Shown here: piece by piece, positions 14,301-30,179 of the stretch
How the letters are laid out: each line of letters begins with the position of its first letter
How positions within the stretch are numbered: position 1 is the first letter of the stretch
Assembly (NCBI GenBank): GCA_964304625.1
Contig: OZ199839.1
Span: 10,400,986 to 10,464,985 of the forward strand
Direction of reading: 5' to 3'
From: Kudoa neothunni
Taxonomy: Eukaryota > Animalia > Cnidaria
Length of the DNA stretch: 64,000 nt
Made by a program: the position numbers and the translations under genes
Notes under the pieces: generated by a model
The model's database searches: none
The model's input: only the letters and a program-made list of their open reading frames with translations
What the model was told of the DNA's origin: nothing

Positions 14301-16737
14301 CGTTGATGGGACCTTGAATAATTTCTTTATTCTCTTTAGATTTTCTATTTAATTTGTTCATTTTTAGACCAACTCTCGAACTAAACTCCTATAACTATCC
14401 TCGACCGACAGTTATAATTTATAAGTTATGGGAGTGTTATCTTACGTGCCGTCCTTGATACCATTGGCTAGTTTATTTTCCTGTTTTATTGTATTGTCTG
14501 AACAATTTTATATTTTTCGTTCTCGGAGATTCGATCCATTAATCATTCTTATATCGAGTAGTTTGAATTTTTCTCTGAAAAGTTTGCGATAAAATCTTAG
14601 ATCACTTGAAATAAAGTCAGCAAATATTTTGGATTTTATTGATACAATTGTATTCAATATGGTGGCTGATTTATGGCCGGAGTGCCTAACGATTTTCGCT
14701 TTAGAGTCACTCTTAATTCCTAATATTTCAAATTATTTAACAATCTACACATTTTCTTCAAGTAAGCGATGATTGTTCCTGTTTTCCTACTGCGTACTAA
14801 CCATGCCAATGTAATCAAATAACAGATTTCCATGTGCGAATAAGCATGCATTCCTATTTTTCCCGACGAAAAAAGTATTTCTTAATTTATTAATCAATAT
14901 ATTTTACTCTTATCTCATGATTTATATCTATAGTTAATTCGTATATTTTTGAATTTTCGACACTATTTCTTTAAGTGCGTAATAACCTAGTAACCTTGCG
15001 TTACTGTATACTTAAGAACTGTACTACATATTGTCTAAATAACTCAAGTATTCGTTTAAAGAATTATTTTCTTAAATTAAATCCGGATGAAATAAACATA
15101 TAAGCTTGTGATTAATTATCCACCGGCTGTGTTACAAATTTTTAAAATATTGTCTTCAACAAAAAAAATGGAATTGAATCTATCAAATAAGATCAATAAT
15201 TTACAATTATATCAAACATCGATATGGTACATTTTTTTGAAATAAGTACGTTTTCTTTGTTATTTTTATGCGAAATAAAAATATTAATCTCGTCTCCAAT
15301 AATATTGAATATGTAAAAGGCCAATTCACCTTTAATACGTTAATCCATTTTATACATTATTCGTAAACATAAGAATTTCTTCTAATCGATATCAAGAAAA
15401 TATTTTAATTGAAGCATCCAAAGTTTTTTATTATAGAAAACACCAATAGGTAACATTAATTAAACTTTAGATATTTGATAGAACGAATGTCATAATTTTA
15501 ATCAACTTTAAAGATTAACTATTTAATCAAATAACCTGCCCAATTAATTAACATATGCCACCTTATTGCTGTATTTTTTGACCCATTTCATCCCCATGAT
15601 GTACATCTCATTTTTGTTAAAGTAAAATCAGTTAAAAATAAACACATTCAAATTTAAATGAAACAACTTTCAGCAATTTAAATTATACATACACCAAGTT
15701 GTTCTAAAATTAAGTTTATTAACCCCGATTTAAACACTCAGCACAACATCTGAGGTTTATCTCAACATTAATCCAATGTTGTTATATCGATGTCGACGTC
15801 GTTGTAGAGGTTTGGTGTGGATTGGGACCATTGGACAGATCGTCCTTCCGACCAACCCGTTTAGGACCTAGTGATTCGGGATATGTCGGTATTAGTTCGT
15901 GTATTGTCAACACTGCGTCACAGCTCTGCGTCTGCCGGCTACGTAACGTTGCTGTCTGGCCGTTTGAAACCCAAGAAGCTATCCCCAACTCCACCCCAGC
16001 AGGTAAATAATTGTTGACAATTTCTATTGAACCGTTCAGATTTTGGTTATCCTTTGGTAATCACGCAAATTAATGTTATTTGGTCCAATCTGCGCGCGCA
16101 GACTAAATGAACCGTTATCTAACATCAGGTTAAGTTGGTCAACTTGATTCGGTGGATAAAGTTTAGTTAATTAAAAATTCAAAAAATTGTTTATCAGTCA
16201 TCCTACCGTAATGCGGATAGACTGATAATGAATTTAAATATTGTCGAGTGTAATAATTCGACTTTGCTTTATCACTTGTAGAATTCAGCGAGTTACCTTA
16301 ATATACAATACAATATATGTGGCCACGTGATCAATCTCACTAAAAGTAAGTCAAGCCACTTCTAAATAGGATCATGATCAAATTACAAACATCTGATTTT
16401 GACTGTACTTGATGCGATCCCCTCCATAGTCACGAAAGTTTACTTTTGCGTGTAATCCAACGCAAATCTGCCATAGTTAATACGTTTTTTGTGAATTAAC
16501 GCAGAAAGCATTTCTGCTTACATAAAACCTTTCGAGTGTCTGTTGTTTATAATTGGTTCGACTTTGTCGTGATAAAAACGAACTCTGACCTATGGAGAGT
16601 TTATTTATTGTAACTGTTACTATTGAGAAATATTGACAAAAGCCGAGTTTGAATAGTGAGCTTAGGGAATGATGCTTCCAGTTTAATGTGCGCTCAATAA
16701 TAAGTTGCATATTTCACGGTGTCCAAATTGCAAACCC

Positions 16738-16950
16738 ACTAATATTACTATTAATATTACTATTAATATTACTATTAATATTACTACTAATATACTACTA
16801 ATATTACTATTAATATTACTACTAATATTACTACTAATATTACTATTAATATTACTACTAATATTACTACTAATATTACTACTAATATTATTACTAATAT
16901 TATTACTACTAATAATAATAATAATACCTAATAATAATACTAATAATAAT
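16738..16950. repeat. 12-bp AT-rich tandem repeat (AATATTACTAYT)n grading into (AAT)n
   Basis: Directly visible array; it ends just before a TGTAG acceptor-like site at 16950-16954 upstream of the EPC1 ATG and produces the spurious poly-Leu/Ile ORFs. Confidence 0.95.
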
Positions 16951-17003
16951 GTAGGCAGTTTCCACACTGTTGATAATAGCCTCCGTCAAACTATTATCTA
17001 TAT

Positions 17004-19745
17004 ATGGGCGGGCGGGTTGAATTTTCGTTCTCGTCCGCTGGATAATGACCGTGCATTGCCTATCTATGAAGAGTATGAATTGGCCTGACCTATTCGATGC
17101 ATGCTTGGTCAATCGTCACGGTGACCAAGGTTCCAACTGGTATGGAAAAGGATGAGGAGTCTGTATGTGTTTTATTATAATTAATTATTTGTATTATTAA
17201 TGATTATTATTAATTATTTAATTATTAATCATTTTTATTATTAACGATTATTATTATTATTATAATTAATTATTAATCATTTTTATTATTAACGATTATT
17301 ATTATTATTATAATTAATTATTAATCATTTTTATTATTGATGACGATGATGATGATCCGGTTGAGTGTAGGAGTTGGATCTTCAAAAAGCTTTGATGGCT
17401 CAAAAAAACAATCAAAAATCTTCCAAAGCTCTGATTCCTGTGCCAGAGGTGTTTCTCATCGAAGTGGACTACCATCCTGATAAGGTTGAAATTCCCTCGT
17501 CTTACATCGGCGAAGAATGTATGATTATCTTTTTAGCGCCATTAGTGTCTCTCACATGCCAACTAATTGTTGAATTAAATTCATAATTAAACGCTAAATT
17601 ACTTAATTAATTGCTTAATTAGTTAATTGATATATGGAATTAATTATTTTCATTTAGTGGTTTCGGGTATCGATGAAGCGTCCAATTATGATATGGATGG
17701 TGTCGACTTAAAATTTATCAACCATTTTACTGCGTACGCTGATCACTACCATGACAACACATTGTTCACTTGCGATGAATTCGAATCCATGATGGAATTA
17801 ATGGAAACCACATACAAAGGTTCGAAGAGCATTGAACGTGTCATGGAACTTATCGACAAGAAACACGTTAACAAATATGTGTTTCAACACTGGGAGAAAA
17901 AAAGAAAATATTTAAAACCGAATCACATGTTGGTACCATCTGTAAGAACACACGACAAAAATTCTCAGAATGACCCATTTGTGGCTTTTCGTAAACGTAT
18001 CGAAAAAATGCAAACTCGAAAAGTTAACGCAATTTTTGCGCGCGGTTTTTAATCCAATTCGTTTAGAATCGTAAATTGGATGAAGTTCGTTTCACTAATT
18101 CCTTTCGATTATCTCGTTCTCTTTTCTCGACAACGTAACACACCTACTTTATTAATATTACTACATGAAAATTGTGAATGTAATTTGATATTGACTTTAG
18201 TGATATTTTGGATATTGCACATGAGAGGGAAACCAACAAACAACTCATTGAAGATAACACTTTACAGTTATTCTATTTGAGGTGATAATTTTCGTATGTT
18301 GACTTGGATTTTTATGATGAATTAGATACAATCATTTTGGTTCAACAAAAGAAGTTATACAAAATGCTGTTGGCAATAATTTAAACTTCGTGGATATTAA
18401 TTTCAATGGTTCGCTGCTTTCAAATCGCAAATCTCCTAATAATGCGTTCCTTTGTGTAAATTAATCTCATTTATTTTTTCAATTTTTTATCTTGTTATTC
18501 AATAGAATAATCGTCGTGTTTCAAAAAATCGATTCTGGTTAATATTGCTTATTTGTGTTATTAGTTGGTTGATTAATATGTTGTTTGTGTAGGCGTCATG
18601 TGTGGAAATCGCCGCATCACTCTGCGCATCAAAATAAGGTATTGGATTTAATTTAATTTGGTTGACAGTCAACATATCATTGATCCAATGCATAGACTTT
18701 GAAATCTTATCGTAACGACTCTGCTGGTGATGATAACTCGATGGGGTGCGACAATGCCAATTTGCGGCGCGGTATCACTGTTGAACAGCCGAAGCCTTAC
18801 GTCAAGAAAATCGTGGGGAAAACGACATCAATCTTCTCCAGCCGAATCCTCTGTGTATTTGTTACCGGTAACGATTGCAGCTGTCTGTGTGACGATTTTG
18901 TGAATGTTGTTGTCATTCAGTTGAGAGATCGACCCCAGTTCAAATGTCAATCTCGAGATGAGTTCGTTAGAAAACTATATTTTGCGCATTGCGTTAAAGA
19001 ATGCTTCGCACTCACTCGAAAGTATGTCCTCCACACATGTTTACACTTTGAATGAGTTTTTTGTATGTAGAAATATTGAGGGTTTATTAGTGCCGGTATC
19101 CACCGAAGTTGATTCTTCGTTGGCCGATGAGCTTAAAATTAAGCACGAATACGCTGAAAATATGCCCGCCGATCATCTCAATCTCAATTGTGAAAAAACA
19201 GAGGTGTCTAACACCATTGTGCCCAACTGTTTTAAATTTGACGATGATCGACATCTCGGCGACACTACCAATACACCTCCACTTAATGAAATTAATCAGC
19301 CACTTAATTGCAACAATAAAACAAGCTCGTACTCGGATGGCGATGTTAAAGATGATTTCAGAACCCCGTATCTGTCGAATTCCGATCTAATGACAATAAA
19401 CTCAATCTCCTCTGATGTAGGTATGCACACTAACATCTGATATGTTTAATTTAGATCGGGTTGTGCTATAAAATTTAATATTATTTAACATTAGCCAAAA
19501 CTCAAGAAAATGATGCGGTCGTTAGTGGAATGGTAACTCCCGAATGCCATGACTCCTTTTCTATTCATTGTATCGACAATGTGACTCACACAGTTGGCAA
19601 AATATCCAATGGGTCCACTAGTGTGTACAGTGGTGATGATCACCTACTTTCTGCTTCTACTTCTGAGAACAATTCTTTTAAAAAGATTTATTCCGCTGTA
19701 ACTGATAACACCGTTACTTCCATCCATAAAACCGACAATACTTAA
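17004..19745 (+). CDS. EPC1: Enhancer of polycomb homolog (NuA4/TIP60 subunit); first exon has three +1 insertions in this sequence
   Basis: EPcA motifs 'LNFRSRPLD..RALPIY', 'VPTGMEKDEES|ELDLQKAL', 'IPVPEV', 'YDMD..D', 'DPFVAFRKRIEKMQTRK|NRKLDE'. Introns include 17163-17370, 17519-17657 and 18023-18066. Low-complexity C-terminal exons run to TAA at 19745. Confidence 0.9.
17175..17356. repeat. Low-complexity (ATT)n intron with a ~50-bp tandem duplication and (GAT)n
   Basis: ATTATTAATCATTTTTATTATT occurs three times within EPC1 intron 17163-17370, which ends in GACGATGATGATGAT. Confidence 0.85.
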
Positions 19746-21142
19746 TCATTTCTTATTCTATATGTTAGACCCAAATAGTAGCTGTAAATAATTTGTAATG
19801 TTTAAAACCTTTTATATTTGCCCTTATTGGTATGTTTTATTTGCGTGACTATTTATTATGGGATATATTAATTTGTACCTTCATAATATGTGCTTTTGTC
19901 AAAATTAATTGTGTGATTTGTAGTTATTCAAAAGAGTAATTTAATCGTATTATGTTTCCACGATTTTAAGACTCATCAATAAAATGGATATTCCGAATTA
20001 TTATATAACTATAACAAAATAACTCTAGCGGTGAAATTTTATTGGGTATTTAATAATATTAAAAATGTTCAAAATACTTATTAGCACATTGATTTTGAGC
20101 TTTGATAGTAATTTTATCTTAGCTAGCAGCTATTGCCCAGCGTTGCTTGGGAGTAGTAAGCATTGAATAATTTTTTTAAGCTTTATATTTTAACGACTGT
20201 GAATATGAAATTTAAATTATGATCAATTCCGTGAAGGAGTATACCAATCTCAGCACCAAAACTAAATAATTTAACGTCGGTGTCGTATTTAATTTGCATC
20301 CCCGAATTATTTAAATTCCCTCAAAGTATTATTTCAAACATTATTTGGTGATCCTTGGATTTTTGAAAGTCGAATTCTGATCTGGCTCAGGAAGATTGTG
20401 TCCCACTGTTAACTGTTTACGGGAGACAAATAAATAGAAAAGATATGGAGATAGAGGAAAATTGATTTTTATTACTCAAATTATTATCTCTTGGCCCGGG
20501 ATAAACTTTGATGTGCTCTTTCTAAAAACCACATACAAATCGCGCCAATATCAACAATTTAAATAATTGGGTAAATAAAAATACACTGCTTGCACTGAAT
20601 TTAATCAGAGAAAGTTAAACTTAGCGGACGATTTCAATAAAATCTACAGACACAATATTTCCATTATAATGCTTCAATCATTGTAATTTTAACGTTATTC
20701 ATAAAACATATAGAGATTTTTTAGCACATCCAAAACCATTAATAGACTTTTAAAATATATTTATAAAGTCATGTCATGTAAGTTAAAACTCCCGACAAAA
20801 GAAGTGCATATGCGCAAAATCCCAAATATACACGCCAATATTGCATAAAAGTCAGATGCTGTCGCTTTATTTAAATTTGATAAAGCATATAAGAAGGACA
20901 GTTAACTTAAAACACCGTCACCATGACGTAAGCTGGTATTAAGTCTATTTGTTTGTTGAGCTCAAGTAATCCGTTTAATAAACTTTGAATCGACAAAATC
21001 ACCATTTTCTAAACACTTCTAAGAACATTTGGTAATGTGAAAATGATTGGAAGATTTTTTGAAACATTGTGATTTTTAAAAAATTTCATAAATGCCTCTC
21101 TATCTCTGTAAAGAAACTATTTTGACACTTCACCTTTGTATA

Positions 21143-22612
21143 AGGTCGAACTTGGATATTGCGTAATTTCACAAGTTCTTCGAAATATAAAGGATATTTT
21201 AAATTTTTTACTCAAACTTTGCTGTTATATTGTTTAGAGTAATGTTAACTGAGCAAGCAAAGATAAACAGTTTTTATTCAAATAGTATAAATTTAAGTTC
21301 GTGTGCTAAAACTAAAATCTCGCTACTGTGTAACATCTTGTTCAGTTTAATCCTCAAGTAATTTTCTTTTTTAATTCTGCAATACAAAAATGATAAGGAA
21401 TCAGCGAAAAATGGCTGAACAAATTCAAATAATCGAATACTATAGTTCAGTTAAATCACTCAAAGGAGAAAAATGAATGACTTTAAACTTCCCAAGCCAT
21501 CTAATAATATAAAATTATCTAATCCCAATTTAATATATTTTCAAGGCATTCTACTATTAATAGAATTTTAGCGCCTCAAAATGATATTATTAATTCTATT
21601 ATTTCGGCTAAAAAAAGAATGAAAGAAAACAAGTACACGGAGTTAGTTCATTTATTCTATACATGAATAACTAAAATGTGAAATGAAAAAAAAGTTGTTC
21701 CGGCTTACATAATTGTTGGAAAGACAAAGAGTATCGCTAAATTCATAGGTATTGACAAATTTACCGGTATTAACGGTTGGTTCGTAGAATTTAAAAATAG
21801 ATTTGGAATGAATTTAAAGAAAATTTCATGATCAAATCAACAATGTGAATAATTAAACTATGATAGCTTTTTCGGTAAAATTACCAAAAATTTCATTATA
21901 ATACGAAGAGCGCAACCAACGTAATAAATATGGATAATTCATATTGAATTAAGTATATCATTTTGGTTTTACTAAAACTTTAAATAATGCATGGGGAAAT
22001 GTATCATCGACTATAACTCAAAATTGATTTATAAAATCTAGACTAACTATTGAACATTGTACTTGGATACTACAATATACCAAATTAAAAATTAATTAAT
22101 AGTTAATGAAAACTTATCTCAAGATTTTTCTGAAAATAATATTGAAAATTTCGTCACACCATTTAATTGTCTATCAAATTTAATTTTTAGATAAAAATAT
22201 GACGAAACCAACAATATTGAAGATGAGGGAAAATACAGGAGGAATCAATAGCTTTACCAGAGGCGTATTTAACTGATAGATTTCAAGAAAATGTCGATCC
22301 AACTTTTGTAAAAGACGAAGCACTTGTGTCAACTGCGTAACTCAAACAATCAATTAATTTAATCAAACAACTTTTGTTAGAAAACTCAACAGCATTATTT
22401 TCAAACCACACAGTTCAGTTATGGAGTTCATATATGAAAATATCTGAAAGTCGTGCAAACAAATTAAAATTGTCGGTTACTGTAATCTCCGATAAATTTT
22501 TGTTTTTTTTGTGCATAACGCATTTGCGCTAATACCCTGTATTGCGTATAATCTCCATATTGTGTAATTTTTCCCCATTCCCGAAGAATTACGCAATATC
22601 CAGGTTCGACTT
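21143..22612 (+). mobile_element. Decayed pogo/Tigger (Tc1-mariner superfamily) transposon
   Basis: TA-flanked TIRs AGGTCGAACTTGGATATTGCGTAATT and AATTACGCAATATCCAGGTTCGACTT; internal transposase remnant 'FTGINGWFVEFKNRFG' (~21760-21807) matches the CENP-B/pogo HTH motif FxASxGWxxRFKxR. Confidence 0.88.
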
Positions 22613-24372
22613 TAATAATAAACTATCTTCTATATCATTATTTATGTATCTACTACAAACTTTTTACAAAACCATCTCAATAAATTAATACATGTTTTAG
22701 TTTATATATTTTTTAGATGACAATTTAGTTGCATTAAAAGGAGTTAGAATCATTTTATCATTAAACTTTTGTATTAACCAATAGATCTGCTTTTTAATTT
22801 CATTACAATAAAAACGAGTAAAAAAGTTTATTATCAACTAATTTTTCAATATTTATTTTTAAAAAAGCTAAATAGAATAAATAAAATGGTGCAATAAAAA
22901 TGGCATTTAACTAAAACAGTGCGTAATGAACTTTATATAGGTGGCCTCATTTTTTGTAAAAAGTAAAAAATACATATATAAACTTATGTAGGGTTATTAA
23001 ATGGATCAGCGTATTTTGGGATTTGTTTTATGAGATTTTGCAATGTAAATATTTTCGATAATGAGCTACGTTGCTCTATTGACACTAGTTTGCTTATATA
23101 CAGTATACATAAATGCACGCTGTTTTAGCTAATCCCGCGAAATTTGAATACCACCCTCAGTGTTGAAATTTCGAATATTCAATGATCTCGACACTTGCAT
23201 GTTTAAACCTCTATTTGGCCGAAATATTTTCATGGAATATTGACGACGTGAAACAAATTAGATAGTGGTGCTCTCTACTCGTGGAAGATGTCCAACATTA
23301 AGACCAAGGAATGAGGCGATTTTCCATTCATATTTACCAAAAATGGAGAAGAAATCTCCCAACTCAATTTATTATTTGTATAAAATGCAATAGATCGTTT
23401 TGATATAAATCTATGGTTGGCAATCGTCACCCCATCAACCAGAATATATTTCACCGCAAGTTCAAATTTGCATCAATATTCAAATCTATTCTCGTTAAGC
23501 TATACTATATTTTTCGAGGATTTTAATAAAATAAATATAATTCAATCATTTTTTGAAATATGAACACATAATAATTAAATTCCTATCAAACAGTAAGATT
23601 GGTTATGTAGTAACAAGCACTAAAAGTTTCTATTCATAAGAAATCCCATCATTTTGTCGTTTAAATCTGTTGGCATTACGCATTACTACATTTTTTATTA
23701 CATTCACGATTTTTAGAAATTATGATAACTTTACTTTAATGTTCGAATATCCACTAGATCGATTTGAATATAACATATAATTCGATTTACGAGAAACTAT
23801 TACGAATACGGGTTCATAATGTAAAAAGCATATAATATTTGTTATTGTTTTCTTAAGGATTGATTAACTACTAGTATAAAATTTTGCGGAGTCATAATTT
23901 CGATATATCTCAAAAATTAAACTTCCCCATACAAAACAAATGAATATGGTTTCATGCAAAAATTTAGATATGGTATTTAATTCGTGAAGAAACGAACACA
24001 CAAGTGTATTGCCTGAAGCAAATACTCACGACACTAGTCTGTTTCGTATAAACAACGCGCAGGTAACCGCGCAGTTATGCCTGATTTTATGAATGCTGAA
24101 AATATCGACACTTCAACACAAGAAATTAACATTTAAATATATGAAAATATTCCTTAACATAGTTTATCTAAAAACTAGTTTTTAATTGGTATCATATTTT
24201 TGAACCAACGAGAATAAAGCATTCTTTTTGGATTCCGAACCGATATTAAAGTTTCATCTGTGACTATATCTTCTCCGATAATAATATTTTCTATTTAAAA
24301 TTATAAATTTCATTAGCTCAGAGAGATAAGTTAAATAATTGAGTGGAATTAACAAAAACTTGACTGGTGCGC

Positions 24373-24741
24373 ATGCCTGATTCTTTCAAAAGGATGTCGT
24401 GGCGGTCGTTTCGTCACCTTAGTGACTTTGTTTTAAAGCGCCCATCAAAACAATATGTTGCCAGTCCCAAACGTCTTTCCAAAACAATAGTTTTTTCAGA
24501 AAATGCAAGAACTCGCTTCGGATATAAATACACATACAGTGAAGCGTCGAAATCCGGCAACTATCCATTACCTGCTGACGATGTGGCCACTAGGGATATT
24601 GTAAAACCAATTGAAACCGAACAATATCGCGCCTTCAAGAAATACATGTACTACGAAGGAGCAATTCGTAAAACAAGAAATCCTTTACGTGTTCATCTAG
24701 GAAGGGGAAAATTTATCTATGAGAATTATTATGTTTTATAA
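24373..24741 (+). CDS. Hypothetical basic protein (115-122 aa), possible mitochondrial presequence
   Basis: Stop-free 369 nt with elevated GC in an AT-rich background; ATGs at 24373 and 24394; Arg/Ser-rich N-terminus (MSWRSFRHLSDFVLKR). No family recognised. Confidence 0.55.
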   Translation: MPDSFKRMSWRSFRHLSDFVLKRPSKQYVASPKRLSKTIVFSENARTRFGYKYTYSEASKSGNYPLPADDVATRDIVKPIETEQYRAFKKYMYYEGAIRKTRNPLRVHLGRGKFIYENYYVL

Positions 24742-25338
24742 TTGATTTTGTTGTTTTTTATGAATTCATAATGATTATTTTGCATAATGCGCAACAACGT
24801 ATTTATTCTATCTCGTTGATAGAGTTTAATGATTAAATCATTTTTGTTACCCATCTGCATTTTAAGATAGCAATACATATATGTGCTTTGATCCTTCTCA
24901 TATTCAATTATTATTTTAAACATTAATGATATGGTGTATATTTCAAACAATCAACCATTGCATCTAAAAATAAGAGGAGTTTCCTATTCACTTAAAAAGG
25001 TAAAAAGTGGTTAAATAGGACCTTAAACGTTATGTTAACGGATTCGAGCTGAGAATGGTAAACAATTTGAATTTTTAGATGAAGCTGCTACCTCAATACA
25101 TTGATTTTACTATCGGTATTTAATTTGATCAATAGCCATCCTGTAGATGAATGTTAAAAAGAAAGACAGTGCTAACAAAATTTGATAGTATAAATGGAAA
25201 ATTGATTCATGAAGAAAAATTATTTAACTTTTCAAGTTTATAGTGTACTAGTGATGTATTGTTATTTCGTAAAATAATAAAAATTATGAATTACAATTTG
25301 AACTTGGTACAATTATCCAAATTACTATGCTATACTTA

Positions 25339-26400
25339 AACTAACTATAACTAACTATAACTATAACTAACTAACTAACTAATTAACTAACTATAACTAT
25401 AACTAACTATAACTATAACTAACTAACTAACTAACTATAACTATAACTAACTATAACTATAACTAACTATAACTATAACTAACTATAACTATAACTAACT
25501 ATAAACTATAACTAACTATAACTATAACTAACTAACTATAACTAACTAACTATAACTATAACTATAACTAACTAACTAACTATACCTATAACTAACTAAC
25601 TAACTATAACTATAACTAATTATAACTAACTATAACTATAACTAACTAACTATAACTAACTAACTAATTATAACTAACTAACTATAACTATAACTAACTA
25701 ACTATAACTAACTAACTATAACTAACTAACTATAACTAACTAACTATAACTAACTAACTATAACTAACTATAACTATAACTAACTAACTAACTATAACTA
25801 TAACTAACTATAACTATAACTAACTAACTATAACTAACTATAACTAACTAACTATAACTAACTATAACTATAACTAACTAACTATAACTATAACTAACTA
25901 ACTATAACTATAACTAACTAACTATAACTATAACTAACTAACTATAACTAACTAACTAACTATAACTAACTAACTATAACTAACTAACTATAACTAACTA
26001 TAACTATAACTAACTAACTATAACTATAACTAACTAACTATAACTATAACTAACTATAACTATAACTAACTAACTATAACTAACTAACTATAACTAACTA
26101 ACTATAACTAACTAACTATAACTATAACTAACTAACTATAACTATAACTAACTAACTATAACTATAACTAACTAACTATAACTATAACTAACTATAACTA
26201 TAACTAACTAACTATAACTAACTAACTATAACTAACTAACTATAACTATAACTAACTAACTATAACTATAACTAACTAACTATAACTATAACTAACTAAC
26301 TATAACTATAACTAACTAACTATAACTATAACTATAACTAACTATAACTATAACTAACTATAACTAACTATAACTATAACTAACTAACTAACTAACTATA
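25339..26400. repeat. ~1.06 kb compound satellite built from AACT and AACTAT units
   Basis: Nearly pure A/C/T array of TAAC and TATAAC units with local 10- and 20-bp higher-order periods (e.g. ACTATAACTAACTAACTATA x4 at 26101-26180). Confidence 0.98.
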
Positions 26401-26728
26401 CCTATAGTTATAAGTAGTGCATGCAATTTTCGAAGCTTATTTTTAGAAAAATCGACGACTTAAATCAAAAATTAAACGCCTTAGACATATTGAATATTTA
26501 TAAAAATTACCTAATTATAATTAAAGTATACCGATAAAATTGTATTCAGATTTTCTCGAAAACACTCACGGATTTATTAGAGCAGGCAGTTCCGTGAACC
26601 CCAGAGATTAAGAACCATCGATTTGGAGAGAAAAATTATAGTTTCAATGAATCAATAAATAAACATATAGAAGCAATTATATTTAACAAGTGTATGCTTG
26701 TGTGAAATCTGATGTTGATAAAAAATGT

Positions 26729-28622
<1,894 letters not shown>

Positions 28623-30179
28623 ATTTGTAATCGACTATACACGAAAATAAACGAATTTGTATTATATAAGGGGGTTGGCGCAATCGTGCTGACACGTGCT
28701 TTTGTAATTGTGTGAGTGGGTGAGGTGCGTGATGACTTCAAAACTTTCGTTCTCCTGATTAGAATGATGACGGATTCTGTCTGACACCTCTTTATTGTTT
28801 GATAATAATTGTTGTTCTTCGTTCGTTCGTTATGAATAACAAATTTTTTTCTTTTTATTGGGATAATCATTGATCCTTGATTCCGCTTAAACGCCATTTC
28901 CATTTGAATAATAATGACTTTTTACCTTATAATTTGAGAATAGTTTAACTTTATTTTATTACCTTTGCAGTGCCATACAATCAAAGGTCTAATTCATTAC
29001 GTTTAAGGGATTTTTAATATTGCTCAAATTAGTGTTTGTTGTATGTCTATCGCAGAAACTTGTTTTGATCGTTGTTTATAATTAGACGTGTGGAGGAATT
29101 ACTCATACCAATAAAAATCTCAGAAAATATATAATATTGTTATATGCTAGTAATATGAATTCTCGTGGAATTTTAATTCGTTCGCTTAACCTCCCCTGTA
29201 ATAACTTCCGAAACAAAACGCGTATGCCTGACTGGATTATTCCCTTAACCCCAGACGAAATATGATTTAAGCTTATTCAGGTTCTCTAAATTTTATTATA
29301 TTGTAAACAATTCCATTGCAAATATACAGCGGATTGTTATTTTTATCATCAAATAGGATAAAAACCTAGAATGGATGAACATTGACGTAGCAAAATCCAG
29401 ACACATTCATCAGTGTGTAGATATTTCCTCGGTAATAATCAGTGATATAACAAAGTTTAGGATTAGTGTTATTATCAGGTGAATCGATATTCTACAAAAC
29501 AAAAAAGCATATAATATTTCATTATGGTAATTTACTTACAGATAGATGTAATGAATGGTCGCGGACGGAGTTCAAACCTGCGAGCCATAGTTTTAAAAGG
29601 TGGTGGCGCCATACCTTCGTGTTGTTGATCGCGCATTAATTGACTTTGGTTACAACTCTTATACCAGCAATTAAAGAGTTTTCCAAAACATTAAATTGTT
29701 GAAATGACTCATATTAAAACCCAAGAAAAAACGAAATATTTTTTAAAAAAATTTAGTTACTCCAATATGCGAAAGCAAAAGCGAAAACAAAAACAAATGG
29801 AATATTTAATTGGATTAATTATCGTTAATCTATTGTTGATTATATTCCAAAATAAATATTACTTTTCAAGATTCGCGTTTTGGTTTGGATCAAAAATTTC
29901 GATTTTGATGAGAGAAAATCATATTTATAATAAATATATGAGCTTTAGAAATAATATAATCAATATTAAATAAAACCTGAAAAACTATGTCTTATTTTAT
30001 GCATAAAGCTTTAGCCGATAAATTATAAATTTTATTTTCAGATAGAAACTCATTAAATATAGGAACTTGAGCAATTTCAAGGTGAATAACCAAAAATACA
30101 TAAATGTAGAAACAAAATAGTCAATTGGGGGTCTTGAAATACCCCAGTCAATACCAGTACCGGCAGGGTCAATTGAAGA

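Noticed and set aside
16683-17088. ORFs encoding poly-Leu/Ile 'membrane proteins' on both strands
   Set aside because: They are translations of the 12-bp tandem repeat; only the last ~27 codons of the + ORF are real (EPC1 exon 1).
18444-18505. Possible GC-AG intron in EPC1
   Set aside because: An in-phase GT donor at ~18390 explains the junction equally well; undecidable without transcripts.
25339-26400. Telomeric array, CRISPR array or I-CeuI site (TAACTATAAC)
   Set aside because: No G-runs of TTAGG(G), no unique spacers, and the rest of the homing site and its rRNA context are absent.
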